DNA from: Pyrobaculum calidifontis JCM 11548
GTDB taxonomy: Archaea; Thermoproteota; Thermoprotei; Thermoproteales; Thermoproteaceae
Direction of reading: 5' to 3'
NCBI RefSeq assembly: GCF_000015805.1
Contig: NC_009073.1
Span: 1,470,001 to 1,502,000, forward strand
DNA length: 32,000 nt
Shown here: positions 1 through 7,807 of the stretch, in pieces
Numbering within the stretch: position 1 is the stretch's first letter
Layout: the number at the start of each line of letters is the position of its first letter
Notes under the pieces: generated by a model
Told to the model about the DNA's origin: nothing
The model's database searches: none
The model's input: only the letters and a program-made list of their open reading frames with translations
Position numbers and translations under genes: made by a program

Positions 1-512
1 TTCTCCTTTGCCGAGGGTTGGCGTAAAGGCGGTAAATGACTGTCCGTGTACCGCCAGATTTCACTTTTGGCAATATCAGAGATATATGGGTAGCAGAGAC
101 GCCATCTCATTTGTGAAGTAGATAAACGAGACGATTATAGGGTTAGAAAGTGAAGAGAGATACGGCAAATGTGGAGGACGGAGCGGAAGCGCGGCGAGCC
201 GTCTCTAGGCCTTCTCTTGTTCTATCACATAAGATTGACTTCTGCGCTATTGAGTTTGCAACAAGTGTTCTAGTCCTCAAAGCATTTGAAAGGCGTAGAC
301 CCAATATCCTGCCCGCTCTTACGCACCTTCTGCGGCGCAAGGCCTCATTGCCGAGGTCGCCTATCTATCTCACACTTTCCATAAAGCGCAGGTGAGTCAC
401 CGCTTGTGTCGAGTTTTACTTTCAGCAAACCCACTATGTTGCGTTGTACATCTCTAAGTTATATACCGCGTTTGGACCTTCAAAAAGTTGTGTAGACTGG
501 AGAAGACTCATC

Positions 513-585
513 GGGGGGAGGGATGATGAACAGCTTGGCAGGGGGATCCTTGACCGACACCAGGCTCGCTGACTCTCCCTCCCCC
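513..585 (+). ncRNA. candidate C/D box sRNA (2'-O-methylation guide RNA)
   Basis: C box ATGATGA (523-529) and D box CTGA (569-572) are 39 nt apart. That spacing fits guide + D' + short loop + C' + 12-nt guide. A ~10-bp terminal stem flanks them: GGGGGGAGGG (513-522) pairs with CTCTCCCTCC (573-582). The internal boxes are degenerate (D' GGGA 543-546, C' TTGACCG 550-556). It lies in an ORF-poor region. Confidence 0.45.
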
Positions 586-772
586 GCCCTATAAGGATTT
601 CTTAGCTATTTTTAAACTTTGAAGCGCAGTCAATTAGCTAAGCGCCATGGATTATTGTGTTGGAGAGAGGAGAGTCGGCTTGTGAACGAAACACTTTATG
701 GGTTGGCAGACACTATGACGCGCGACTGTTGCGAAAAGTCTGGCGTATTTACGGCGGCCTGCCCGCCACATC

Positions 773-783
773 TTATATTTTTA
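773..783 (+). promoter_or_regulatory. TATA-like box upstream of the alcohol dehydrogenase gene
   Basis: TTATATTTTTA lies about 24 nt upstream of the GTG at 799. Other genes in the window show the same spacing. Confidence 0.5.
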
Positions 784-798
784 TCCCGTGTTTTTGAC

Positions 799-1752
799 GT
801 GCTTGCGGCTGTCTTGGAGGGGCCTAGGAGGCTCTTTGTGCGAGAGGTGGCGGTGCCCAGGGTGGAGGGGTATGCCCTTGTGAGGAGCGAGCTCGTGGGG
901 ATATGTGGAACTGACAAGGCCTTCTACGTTGGCACATACCCTCTCTTTAAGCGCCCCCTCGTGCCTGGCCACGAGGTTGTGGGAATAGTGGTGGAGGGGC
1001 CGCCCCACTTGGTGGGGAGGCGGGTGGTGAGCGAGATAAACTTCCCGGACTGGTCTTGCGACTACTGTAGGTCGGGGCTGTATACCCACTGTCCCTACAA
1101 GCGGACCTTGGGCATAGACTTCGACGGGGGCATGGCGGAGTTCTTCGCCGCCCCGCCCACGGCGTTGCACGTCTTCGATGGGCCGCCGGAGTTGGGCATC
1201 TTCGTGGAGCCCCTCGCCGCGGTGTTAAACGCCTTTGCCATTAGGCCGATTCGCCCTGGGGACAAGGTGGCTGTGATTGGCACGGGTAACGTGGCCCAGC
1301 TGGCGGCGCAGGCGGCGAGGGCACTCGGCGCGTCGCGGGTAGACGGCGTGGTTAGGCGGGGGAGCAGGAAGGCCGCAACCCTCGCCAAGTTCGTAGACGC
1401 AGTGGTGGAGGAGCCGGCCGAATCCGCCTACGACGTGGTCTTCGAGGCCTCGGGTGACCCCTCGGCGCTGGAGCTGGCGGTGCGCTTGGCCAAGCCCAGG
1501 GGGGTCGTCCACCTGAAGTCCACGCCGGGCCTCCCAGCGACTTTCAACGCCACGTACTTCGTGGTGAAGGAGGTGGCTGTGGTGGGGTCGAGGTGCGGCA
1601 CCTTTAGGGAGTTTAGGGAGGCGATACGCCTTCTGCTAAGCGGCGCGGTTAAGCCCACTCTAGACGCCGTCTTCCCTCTCGCAGAGGCGCGGGAGGCCTT
1701 TGAATACGCCGTGGAAAAGTCGCCGACTAAGGTGGCAGTCCGCGTCTCCTAG
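799..1752 (+). CDS. zinc-dependent alcohol/threonine dehydrogenase family (MDR superfamily) oxidoreductase
   Basis: Same frame as ORF-track 619..1752. Motifs seen: GHEVVGIVVE (catalytic Zn region), Cys cluster CDYCRSGLYTHC (structural Zn), and GTGNVAQ (nucleotide-binding glycine motif). The first ~60 codons of the tracked ORF look unlike an ADH. The GTG at 799 follows a TATA box by ~24 nt and gives a family-typical 317 aa. The start is inferred. Confidence 0.85.
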   Translation: MLAAVLEGPRRLFVREVAVPRVEGYALVRSELVGICGTDKAFYVGTYPLFKRPLVPGHEVVGIVVEGPPHLVGRRVVSEINFPDWSCDYCRSGLYTHCPYKRTLGIDFDGGMAEFFAAPPTALHVFDGPPELGIFVEPLAAVLNAFAIRPIRPGDKVAVIGTGNVAQLAAQAARALGASRVDGVVRRGSRKAATLAKFVDAVVEEPAESAYDVVFEASGDPSALELAVRLAKPRGVVHLKSTPGLPATFNATYFVVKEVAVVGSRCGTFREFREAIRLLLSGAVKPTLDAVFPLAEAREAFEYAVEKSPTKVAVRVS

Positions 1753-2207
1753 GCGGCCAGCCGCTTTAACATTTCCACAAGCCTCAGCGCCTCCTCTCTG
1801 TGTCTGTCAAAGGAGGGCTTTTTGAGGAAGTTGTGGTAAAAATTCGCATGTAGCTTCTCGGCGATGCTGAACAGCGTTGAATACTCCGGATTCCCAGTCT
1901 CCTCCACCAACGCCTCTACCGCCTCCCACAAGCCTCTCTGCGTGTAATTCGGCATCCCCCTCTTCTCTGCTACAACGCTCAACAGCGCGACCACAGCCCC
2001 CCAGTACTTCTCCCCCGCCTGCACTAGGTCGCCCCTTGCGTAAAGCTCCTCAGCCTCGGCGAGGTACTTCTCCGCCAGCCTCAAGTAGACGACGGCTCTC
2101 TCCTGCGGGTCTAGCTCTCGCAACACGGCGTCAACCAGCGACTGTTCTACGGACTTACCGCGCCTCTGCGCCACGGCCTTGGCCACTTCTGCAACTTCCT
2201 TTGGCAA
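1749..2207 (-). CDS. PaREP1-family protein (Pyrobaculum repetitive protein family 1; helical, HEPN-like clan as I recall)
   Basis: 152 aa with the family-typical pattern: YLRLAEKYLAEAEELYARGDLVQAGEKYWGA...LHANFYHNFL. TTG start. Its stop overlaps the ADH stop on a shared CTAG. Confidence 0.75.
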   Translation of the reverse strand: MPKEVAEVAKAVAQRRGKSVEQSLVDAVLRELDPQERAVVYLRLAEKYLAEAEELYARGDLVQAGEKYWGAVVALLSVVAEKRGMPNYTQRGLWEAVEALVEETGNPEYSTLFSIAEKLHANFYHNFLKKPSFDRHREEALRLVEMLKRLAA

Positions 2208-2268
2208 TACGTAGTCCGCATGGGCTTGTGGGCGTCTGCTTAAATGTGTTTACGGCTACGGGTTAAAG

Positions 2269-2276
2269 TTAATAAA
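2269..2276 (+). promoter_or_regulatory. TATA-like box of the uL3-uL4-uL23 operon
   Basis: TTAATAAA lies ~26 nt upstream of the ATG at 2297. Confidence 0.5.
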
Positions 2277-2296
2277 CTGGTCCATTGTGCGGGGGC

Positions 2297-3313
2297 ATGG
2301 GTCTTAAGATCAATAGGCCGCGTAGAGGCTCGATGGGAGTCTATCCGAGGAAGCGCGCGGCGGATATTGTGCCTAGGGTGCGCACGTGGCCTGAGGTCAA
2401 CCTGGGGAAGCCGACGCTCTTGGGCTTTGCCGCGTATAAGGCGGGGATGCTCCACGCCGTTGTTGTAGACGACAGGCCCACTAGCCCGCTTTATGGGAAA
2501 GAGGTGGTGAAGGCTGTCACAGTCCTCGACGCGCCTCCTCTTTACGTGGCCGCGGTGAGGCTTTACACCCTGGACCCAACCAACGGCTACAAGGTGGCGG
2601 TGGGGGAGGCTTGGGTCTCTGAGCCACCGGCCGACTTGAGGAGAGTTCTCACTTTGCCGGAGAAGTTTGACACTGAGAAGCAGTTGAAGGCGTTGGAGGA
2701 GTACAGAGACGTGGCTGTCGACGTGAGAGTCCTCGTGGCTACTCAGCCCAGGCTCTCCGGCATTGGGAAAAAGACGCCCGAGGTCTTGGAAATCCCCGTG
2801 GGCGGAGTGCCCAGCATAGACGAGAGGATTAACTTCGCCATATCGCTCCTGGGGAAGACCGTGTCGCCGAAGGACGTCTTTACGCCTGGCCAGCTGGTCG
2901 ACGTGATTGCGGTCACTAAGGGCAAGGGCTACCAGGGCGTAGTGAAGAGGTTCGGCGTCACTATCCTCCCGAGGTGGCACAAGCACAGGAAGGGCCACAG
3001 GCGGACGGGCACCATAGGCCCCCAGGCGCCGGCGCTTATGTTCACTCAGCCCAGGCCGGGCCAGATGGGCTTCCACCAGCGCACTGAGTACAACAAGAGG
3101 ATTCTAAAGATAGGGGACAACGGCGCCGAGATTACACCCAAGTCTGGCTTTCCGCACTACGGCGTTATAAAGGGGCCGTACATCCTTCTGCAGGGCAGCG
3201 TGCCTGGGGCTAGGAAGAGGCTTGTCGTGCTTAGATACCCAGTTAGACCGCCTAAGAAGGCGCCGCCAGCCGCAGAGCCGCAGGTGGTTTGGGTTAGTTC
3301 TCAAAGTATTTAA
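2297..3313 (+). CDS. rpl3: 50S ribosomal protein uL3 (L3)
   Basis: The N-terminus MGLKINRPRRGSMGVYPRKRA is typical of archaeal L3, as is the later WHKHRKGHRRTGTIGPQ segment. The ATG at 2297 is preferred over the ORF-track 2285 start on TATA spacing. Confidence 0.95.
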   Translation: MGLKINRPRRGSMGVYPRKRAADIVPRVRTWPEVNLGKPTLLGFAAYKAGMLHAVVVDDRPTSPLYGKEVVKAVTVLDAPPLYVAAVRLYTLDPTNGYKVAVGEAWVSEPPADLRRVLTLPEKFDTEKQLKALEEYRDVAVDVRVLVATQPRLSGIGKKTPEVLEIPVGGVPSIDERINFAISLLGKTVSPKDVFTPGQLVDVIAVTKGKGYQGVVKRFGVTILPRWHKHRKGHRRTGTIGPQAPALMFTQPRPGQMGFHQRTEYNKRILKIGDNGAEITPKSGFPHYGVIKGPYILLQGSVPGARKRLVVLRYPVRPPKKAPPAAEPQVVWVSSQSI

Positions 3314-3324
3314 ACTGGGCCAAT

Positions 3325-4182
3325 ATGGGCGCCGTGGTTAAAGAGTTGTTGAAGTTCAAGCTTCTGGACCTCTCGCCGTACATAAAACCAGCGGAGGAGA
3401 GGCCTCCCGAGGCTCTTAAGGTTTATGACGTAAATGGGCAGTACATGGCCGACATAGAGACGCCGATACACTTCTACGAGCCCGTGAGGCCCGACTTGAT
3501 TAGGAGAGCCTACTTAAGCGCCTTGAGCGCGAGGTTTCAGCCTAAGGGCGTCTACGAGGGCGCTGGCAAAGAACACAGTTGCGAGTCCTTTGGCGTGGGC
3601 TTGGGAATTGCGAGAATTCCGAGGTACAAGGGGCATCTCTGGCCGCGTGGCTGCTTTGCCCCTAACACTAGGGGAGGCAGGAGGGCCCACCCGCCGAGGC
3701 CTGAGAAGAAGTTGCACGAGGAGATTAACTGGAAGGAGAAGAACTTGGCCATTAGGTCCGCCATAGCGGCCACTGCGTACAAGTCGTGGGTAGCCGCCAG
3801 GGGGCACATGGTGGAGAAGGTCCCCTCTCTGCCGCTTGTGGTGTCGGGGGATGCTGAGAAAATTGCTAAGGCCAAGGAGGCGAAGAAGCTCTTCGAGGTG
3901 CTGGGCCTCTGGCCCGACGTGGAGAGGGCGGCGGAGGGCGTGAAAATTAGGGCTGGGAAGGGGAAGATGCGCGGCAGGAGGTACAAGGAGCCTAAGAGCG
4001 TGTTAGTCGTGGTGTCGGAGCTGGACGTGCCTCTAATAGGCGCCGTTAGGAATTTCCCAGGCGTAGACGTTGTGCCAGTGAGCCACTTAAACATGCTGGT
4101 GCTGGCTCCCGGCGGCGTGCCGGGGCGGCTGACCCTCTGGACCGCCACGGCTGTGGAAAGGCTGAAGGGACTGTTCCTATGA
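3325..4182 (+). CDS. rpl4: 50S ribosomal protein uL4 (L4)
   Basis: 285 aa, immediately after uL3. L4-like basic segments are present (RIPRYKGHLWPRGCFAPNTRGGRRAHPP, GKGKMRGRRYK). Conserved L3-L4-L23 order. Confidence 0.93.
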   Translation: MGAVVKELLKFKLLDLSPYIKPAEERPPEALKVYDVNGQYMADIETPIHFYEPVRPDLIRRAYLSALSARFQPKGVYEGAGKEHSCESFGVGLGIARIPRYKGHLWPRGCFAPNTRGGRRAHPPRPEKKLHEEINWKEKNLAIRSAIAATAYKSWVAARGHMVEKVPSLPLVVSGDAEKIAKAKEAKKLFEVLGLWPDVERAAEGVKIRAGKGKMRGRRYKEPKSVLVVVSELDVPLIGAVRNFPGVDVVPVSHLNMLVLAPGGVPGRLTLWTATAVERLKGLFL

Positions 4183-4424
4183 TCAAGAGGTTTGTCATCA
4201 CTGAGAAGGCCTTGAGGCTCGCGGAGCGGGAGAACAAGATAACCATAATCGTGGAGAGGACCGCCACTAAGAAGCAGATAGCAGACGAAGTGCAGAGACT
4301 CTACAACGTCAAAGTGGAGAAGGTCAACACGCTCATAACGCCGCGCGGGGAGAAGAAGGCATATGTAAAACTCGCCGAGGGCTACAGCGCGATGGACCTA
4401 TTGACAAAGCTGGGAGTCCTGTAG
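4179..4424 (+). CDS. rpl23: 50S ribosomal protein uL23 (L23)
   Basis: 81 aa with L23-like KAYVKL and ITEKA segments. Its ATGA start overlaps the uL4 stop. Confidence 0.93.
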   Translation: MIKRFVITEKALRLAERENKITIIVERTATKKQIADEVQRLYNVKVEKVNTLITPRGEKKAYVKLAEGYSAMDLLTKLGVL

Positions 4425-4476
4425 TCAGTTCGTGGGTTCTACATCACTAGTCAGTACTTAAAACCCACATCACCGA
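4423..4476 (-). ncRNA. C/D box sRNA (dual-guide architecture)
   Basis: Read on the minus strand: C box GTGATGT (4473-4467), 12-nt guide GGGTTTTAAGTA (4466-4455), D' CTGA (4454-4451), CTA linker, C' GTGATGT (4447-4441), 12-nt guide AGAACCCACGAA (4440-4429), D box CTGA (4428-4425). This is the canonical archaeal spacing of 12 / 3 / 12 nt. It abuts the rpl23 stop codon on the opposite strand and sits 20-25 nt downstream of the 120-aa gene on the same strand. Confidence 0.78.
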
Positions 4477-4492
4477 CCCCTACTGCCTACGT

Positions 4493-4512
4493 GTTTTTTA
4501 CTTTTCTTTTTT
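4493..4512 (+). terminator. oligo-T tract, possible terminator of the ribosomal protein operon
   Basis: TTTTTTACTTTTCTTTTTTC lies on the + strand, ~70 nt after the rpl23 stop. Archaeal termination uses T-runs. It overlaps the 3' end of the minus-strand 120-aa gene. Confidence 0.35.
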
Positions 4513-4860
4513 CAGTAGGCGGATCCAGGTGGCTATAGACTCGCCGCCGGCGACGTACTTGTTCTTAATGAGGTAGTACTGGGATACCACTTTTGCCTGG
4601 ACTAGGTACGCGGCGAAGAGGTTTACGAGGACTCTCGCCCCGCCCCTCCTCACGAGGCCCTTTATGTACTCCTCTGGGTAGTCGCGCGCCACTGGGTTTC
4701 CGCGCTCTGCGGCCTCTCTTGCGCGGAGCGAGAAGAGGCGGATGCCCACGGTCTTGAGCCACGCGCGGAATTTCTCCACCTCGCTCCTGTAGCCCTTCGC
4801 CAAGTCGCTCTCGAGGAAGTGTGGCCAGTACTTCTCAATCTCCTTTAAGACAGACTCCAC
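4498..4860 (-). CDS. hypothetical protein (120 aa)
   Basis: Clean ORF with a GTG start at 4860. A minus-strand TATA-like CTTAAAT (4887-4881) lies ~25 nt upstream. No family recognised. Confidence 0.6.
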   Translation of the reverse strand: MESVLKEIEKYWPHFLESDLAKGYRSEVEKFRAWLKTVGIRLFSLRAREAAERGNPVARDYPEEYIKGLVRRGGARVLVNLFAAYLVQAKVVSQYYLIKNKYVAGGESIATWIRLLKKEK

Positions 4861-4880
4861 GTCTAAAAACCTGGGCGTGT

Positions 4881-4887
4881 ATTTAAG
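4881..4887 (-). promoter_or_regulatory. TATA-like box for the 120-aa gene
   Basis: CTTAAAT on the minus strand, ~25 nt upstream of the GTG at 4860. It abuts the csl4 stop codon. Confidence 0.4.
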
Positions 4888-5430
4888 CTACGCGGTGTAA
4901 TACCCCACGGCGATCTTCCTCTTGACCTCGGCGCCGCAGTTGGGGCAGTAAAGAGTGTTTCCCCTCCTCTTCAACAGAGAGCCGCATTTGGGGCACCTGG
5001 AGAGCACTACGCCGTATGTGGCCCCCCTCGTGGAGACGACGAGAGGCGGGCCGTAGGTGGAGACCACCTTTGCCCTTATGTAGTCGCCTATGCCGAATTC
5101 CCCGTCGGCGAAGAAGTTGGGCAAGACTCCAGTGATTTGGTACTTCATGTCCACGGGGCCCCGCTCCCCCTCTACCGCGAAGCACTTGAGCTGGTACGCC
5201 CGGCGCCCCTTGCCCAACACTACGCAATACACCACTGTGCCGGGGGGCGGAATGGGGGGTTCGCGGAAGGGCTTCACCACGGCTAGGTGCGCCTTGGGGT
5301 CGTAGGCCGCCGTGCCCGTGGCCGAGGCCATGTACTTGTAGCTGTTGAGGTAGGCCGCTCCCCTAACCTCAAACTCCTCCGCATAAGCCACAGTCTCTCC
5401 TGGCGTAACTACCTTCTTCACGTGGGGCAA
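4888..5430 (-). CDS. csl4: exosome complex RNA-binding subunit Csl4
   Basis: 180 aa with an S1-like central domain and a C-terminal four-Cys zinc ribbon (CPKCGSLLKRRGNTLYCPNCG). It neighbours rpoL and nep1, as in the archaeal exosome-associated gene neighbourhood. TTG start. Confidence 0.88.
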   Translation of the reverse strand: MPHVKKVVTPGETVAYAEEFEVRGAAYLNSYKYMASATGTAAYDPKAHLAVVKPFREPPIPPPGTVVYCVVLGKGRRAYQLKCFAVEGERGPVDMKYQITGVLPNFFADGEFGIGDYIRAKVVSTYGPPLVVSTRGATYGVVLSRCPKCGSLLKRRGNTLYCPNCGAEVKRKIAVGYYTA

Positions 5431-5440
5431 AGCTCCTCAG

Positions 5441-5456
5441 TATATATTTTTTTAAA
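5441..5456. promoter_or_regulatory. bidirectional A/T tract serving divergent leaderless genes
   Basis: TATATATTTTTTTAAA sits in a 44-nt intergenic gap. It is ~25-27 nt from both the csl4 start (5430, minus) and the GTG at 5475 (plus). Confidence 0.55.
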
Positions 5457-5474
5457 CTGCCTTCAACATGCGCC

Positions 5475-6074
5475 GTGTACATCGGCCTGTCCTTTAAATT
5501 CCACGACAGAGGGGAGGTGGAGAAGTTCCTCGCCTTCCTAGAGCGGCACCTCGACGTTGAATACCTCGTGGACGTCCGGCTTACACACGTCTACGTACAA
5601 CTGCAGGGCGACGAGAAGAAGCTCGAGGAAGCCGCGGCCCTCGTGAAAAGCCTGGCCGGCCTGGCGCGCCGGGGGAGAGAGCGGAGACGAGTGCCCCTCC
5701 TAGTCCTCTTCAGAGACGTGGAGCTCGCCAGGCCCATACCCCCCGACGTAATCGCCGACGCGTTAACGCTGAGGGGCTACCCCTCGGCCGTGAAAGGCTC
5801 TGCACTGGAGACAACGGCGGAGTACGAAGAGGTGTTGAAGACGGCGGAGGCTCTCTCAAAGATGTACCTAGAGGCCGAGGGGCTGAGGATAACTCCTCAC
5901 GCAAAGCGGGTAGTAGTGGCGTACGCCTACGCCACGGGCAAGGGGCTGGAGGAGGCCGTGGAGGAGTTAGCCAAGGCGGGCGTATTGAACAGAGGCGAGC
6001 TTATCAGCCTAAGAAAGCCTCTGGAGGAGGCTAGAGAGGCAATTTTAAAAATTGTTGAGAAAAAGGCGCCGTGA
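5475..6074 (+). CDS. conserved archaeal hypothetical protein (csl4/rpoL neighbourhood)
   Basis: 199-aa ORF with a GTG start. Its stop overlaps the rpoL start (GTGA). I tentatively recall a DUF-type archaeal family at this position, but this is not verifiable here. Confidence 0.7.
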   Translation: MYIGLSFKFHDRGEVEKFLAFLERHLDVEYLVDVRLTHVYVQLQGDEKKLEEAAALVKSLAGLARRGRERRRVPLLVLFRDVELARPIPPDVIADALTLRGYPSAVKGSALETTAEYEEVLKTAEALSKMYLEAEGLRITPHAKRVVVAYAYATGKGLEEAVEELAKAGVLNRGELISLRKPLEEAREAILKIVEKKAP

Positions 6075-6340
6075 TAAGCATAGACATAGTTAGACTAGAC
6101 GAGTCCTACCTGGAGTTCAAGGCCAAGGGCGAGACCTACACCCTATTCTCGCCGCTCGTCGAATATCTGTCAAAAGACCCCGACGTCGAGTACGTCCAAT
6201 TCGACGTAGACCACCCCCTTCAGGAAAACGTCACCTTTAAGGTCAAGGTGAGGCGGGGCAACCCCCTAGACGCCGTCAAGAGGGCGGTGGAGGCCATCTT
6301 AAGAGACTTAGAAGAGCTCGAAAGAGGCTTCTTCCAGTGA
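6071..6340 (+). CDS. rpoL: DNA-directed RNA polymerase subunit L (Rpo11)
   Basis: 89 aa. The sequence LEFKAKGETYTLFSPLVEYLSKDPDVEYVQFDVDHPL is typical of RpoL/Rpb11-like subunits. Confidence 0.9.
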   Translation: MISIDIVRLDESYLEFKAKGETYTLFSPLVEYLSKDPDVEYVQFDVDHPLQENVTFKVKVRRGNPLDAVKRAVEAILRDLEELERGFFQ

Positions 6341-7002
6341 TCCTCGTCTTGGCCGAGGCCGCGCTGGAGCTAGTGCCAGAGAGCTTGTGGCGGCACCCAG
6401 CCATAGTGGCTGACGCCAGGAGGAGGGGGAAGAAGCCGGGCGAAATACTGCTGGACCGGGCTAGACACCACGTGGCCATGGCCAAGTTGGACAAGGCGGA
6501 GAGGAGGGGCAGGCCCGACATTGTTCACCAAGTGCTTCTGGCGTTTCAGTACAGCCTCTTGAACAGGGCGGGGAGGGGGCGGGCGTTTGTACACACTGTG
6601 GGCGACTACATAATCTCCGTCAAGCCGGAGACCAGGGTGCCCAAGAACTACAACAACTTTGTCTCTCTAATGGAGCAGCTCTTCAAGGTGGGCAGAGTGC
6701 CCCCCGAGGGGGAGGCGCTGATGGAGGCGAGGCGGGGATCCTTGGCCGCCCTCTTGGAAGAGCTGGGGGGCAAGTGGGTCGCACTGCACGAGCAAGGCAG
6801 GGCTGTTTCCTTCGCGGAGCTGGGAAGGGCTGTGGCCGACGCCGTGGTCGTAGTGGGGGGCTTCCCCCACGGCGACTTCGAGAACAAGTGGATCTTGGAG
6901 GGGGCCGAGGCCGTGTATAAAATTGGCAACGTCTCTCTGGACGCAGCGCAGGCGGTGTGCCGCGCCGTGGCGGCGGCTGAGGCGGCCTTGGGCTTAATCT
7001 AA
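6337..7002 (+). CDS. nep1: ribosomal RNA small-subunit methyltransferase Nep1 (Emg1 family)
   Basis: 221 aa with the GRPDIVHQ motif and the SPOUT-like pattern typical of Nep1. Its start overlaps the rpoL stop. Confidence 0.88.
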   Translation: MILVLAEAALELVPESLWRHPAIVADARRRGKKPGEILLDRARHHVAMAKLDKAERRGRPDIVHQVLLAFQYSLLNRAGRGRAFVHTVGDYIISVKPETRVPKNYNNFVSLMEQLFKVGRVPPEGEALMEARRGSLAALLEELGGKWVALHEQGRAVSFAELGRAVADAVVVVGGFPHGDFENKWILEGAEAVYKIGNVSLDAAQAVCRAVAAAEAALGLI

Positions 7003-7007
7003 ATATA

Positions 7008-7772
7008 GTGGGTGTAATTGTGCAGTTCCAGCTCTACCTCAAGAGGCGGGGAAAGTGGCGGCAGGTGCTGGACGTAGCCGCGTCGCTGGGGATTCCCTAC
7101 GTGGTCGAGGTGGGGCCCCTCGACACCTCCCGCTCTCCTATAACCACGGCGCTGGAGCTCGGCGACGTTTCCCCCGAGGCGCTTGTCCTCCCCCGAGACG
7201 CCGTGGACAAATTTGAGTGGTACATCATGCTGGCCGATGCCCTCGACGTCAAGAGGCTTGTAGTAGCGCCCCCGCCCACCGTCGAGGGAGTGGCCGAGCT
7301 CTACGACGTAGCCGTGGAATACGGCGTGGAGGTGAACTGGATATACGGCGAGGGGCCTCTGGCACGCATTAGAGACGTAGACGCCGTGGCCAAGGCCATT
7401 AGGCCCACCGCGGCTAGGCTAGTGTACGACCCAGTCAAGGCCAAGGGGCTGAAGGAGATATACACGACGATCATAGCGCTGAGCGGGTACATACGGGAGA
7501 TATACCTCTCGAACAGACGCGGCGAGCGGGGGCCCCGGCTACCCCCATTCGACCCCGTGGGCATAATCAACTACGCCGAGGTTCTCCAAATGCTCCACCT
7601 CATACAGTGGGAGGGCAGAGCCACCGTGAGGACAGCCCCCCAGTTCGCTGGAGAGCTAGACCTACAGCTGAAAATCGCCAACGAGGTAATAAACACGGCG
7701 AAGAGCGCGGGAGTCTCCCGCAAGGTGCAGAAGAGAGTGGCACAGATCTACGACGAACTGATGGGGTGGTAG
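7008..7772 (+). CDS. hypothetical protein, possibly xylose-isomerase-like TIM-barrel family
   Basis: 254-aa ORF following nep1. The C-terminal pattern (IYLSNRRGERG...DPVGIINYAEVLQMLHLIQWEGRATVRT) resembles sugar-phosphate isomerase/epimerase TIM barrels. The family call is weak. The start could be GTG 7008 or GTG 7020. Confidence 0.55.
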   Translation: MGVIVQFQLYLKRRGKWRQVLDVAASLGIPYVVEVGPLDTSRSPITTALELGDVSPEALVLPRDAVDKFEWYIMLADALDVKRLVVAPPPTVEGVAELYDVAVEYGVEVNWIYGEGPLARIRDVDAVAKAIRPTAARLVYDPVKAKGLKEIYTTIIALSGYIREIYLSNRRGERGPRLPPFDPVGIINYAEVLQMLHLIQWEGRATVRTAPQFAGELDLQLKIANEVINTAKSAGVSRKVQKRVAQIYDELMGW

Positions 7773-7780
7773 CCCAAAGC

Positions 7781-7788
7781 ATATAAAG
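7781..7788 (+). promoter_or_regulatory. TATA-like box
   Basis: ATATAAAG lies 27 nt upstream of the ATG at 7808. Confidence 0.5.
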
Positions 7789-7807
7789 TCGCGCCTCAAC
7801 GCTTACA

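Noticed and set aside
1-100. Possible 5' end of a minus-strand gene leaving the window (ATG at 100-98, translating MRWRLCYPYISDIAKSEIWRYTDSHLPPLRQPSAKE...).
   Set aside because: Only 33 codons are visible, no family is recognisable, and the nearest TATA-like strings are poorly spaced. This cannot be supported from the window.
143-395. Two overlapping small ORFs on opposite strands (143..340 - and 150..395 +).
   Set aside because: They overlap each other and have odd composition (Arg-rich). They lack a properly spaced TATA box and any recognisable motif. I treat the region as non-coding or decayed.
619-798. N-terminal extensions of tracked ORFs: 619-798 of the ADH, 2285-2296 of uL3, 10229-10267 of argF, 23089-23124 of leuB, 29603-29611 of glnA, 30805-30897 of the GATase.
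   Set aside because: The extensions have no family-like sequence. They contain or overlap the TATA box or the upstream gene. Downstream start codons give family-typical N-termini and lengths.
2240-3076. Long antisense ORFs opposite well-supported genes. Examples: 2240..3076(-), 3552..4148(-), 8641..9264(-), 12703..13365(-), 13924..14421(-), 20701..21303(-), 21582..22373(-), 22779..23393(-), 23050..23781(-), 26229..26858(-).
   Set aside because: Each lies fully inside a gene with clear family motifs on the other strand. Their translations are low-complexity and rich in Arg, Pro, His and Gly, as expected from stop-poor antisense frames in GC-rich DNA. They have no TATA boxes.
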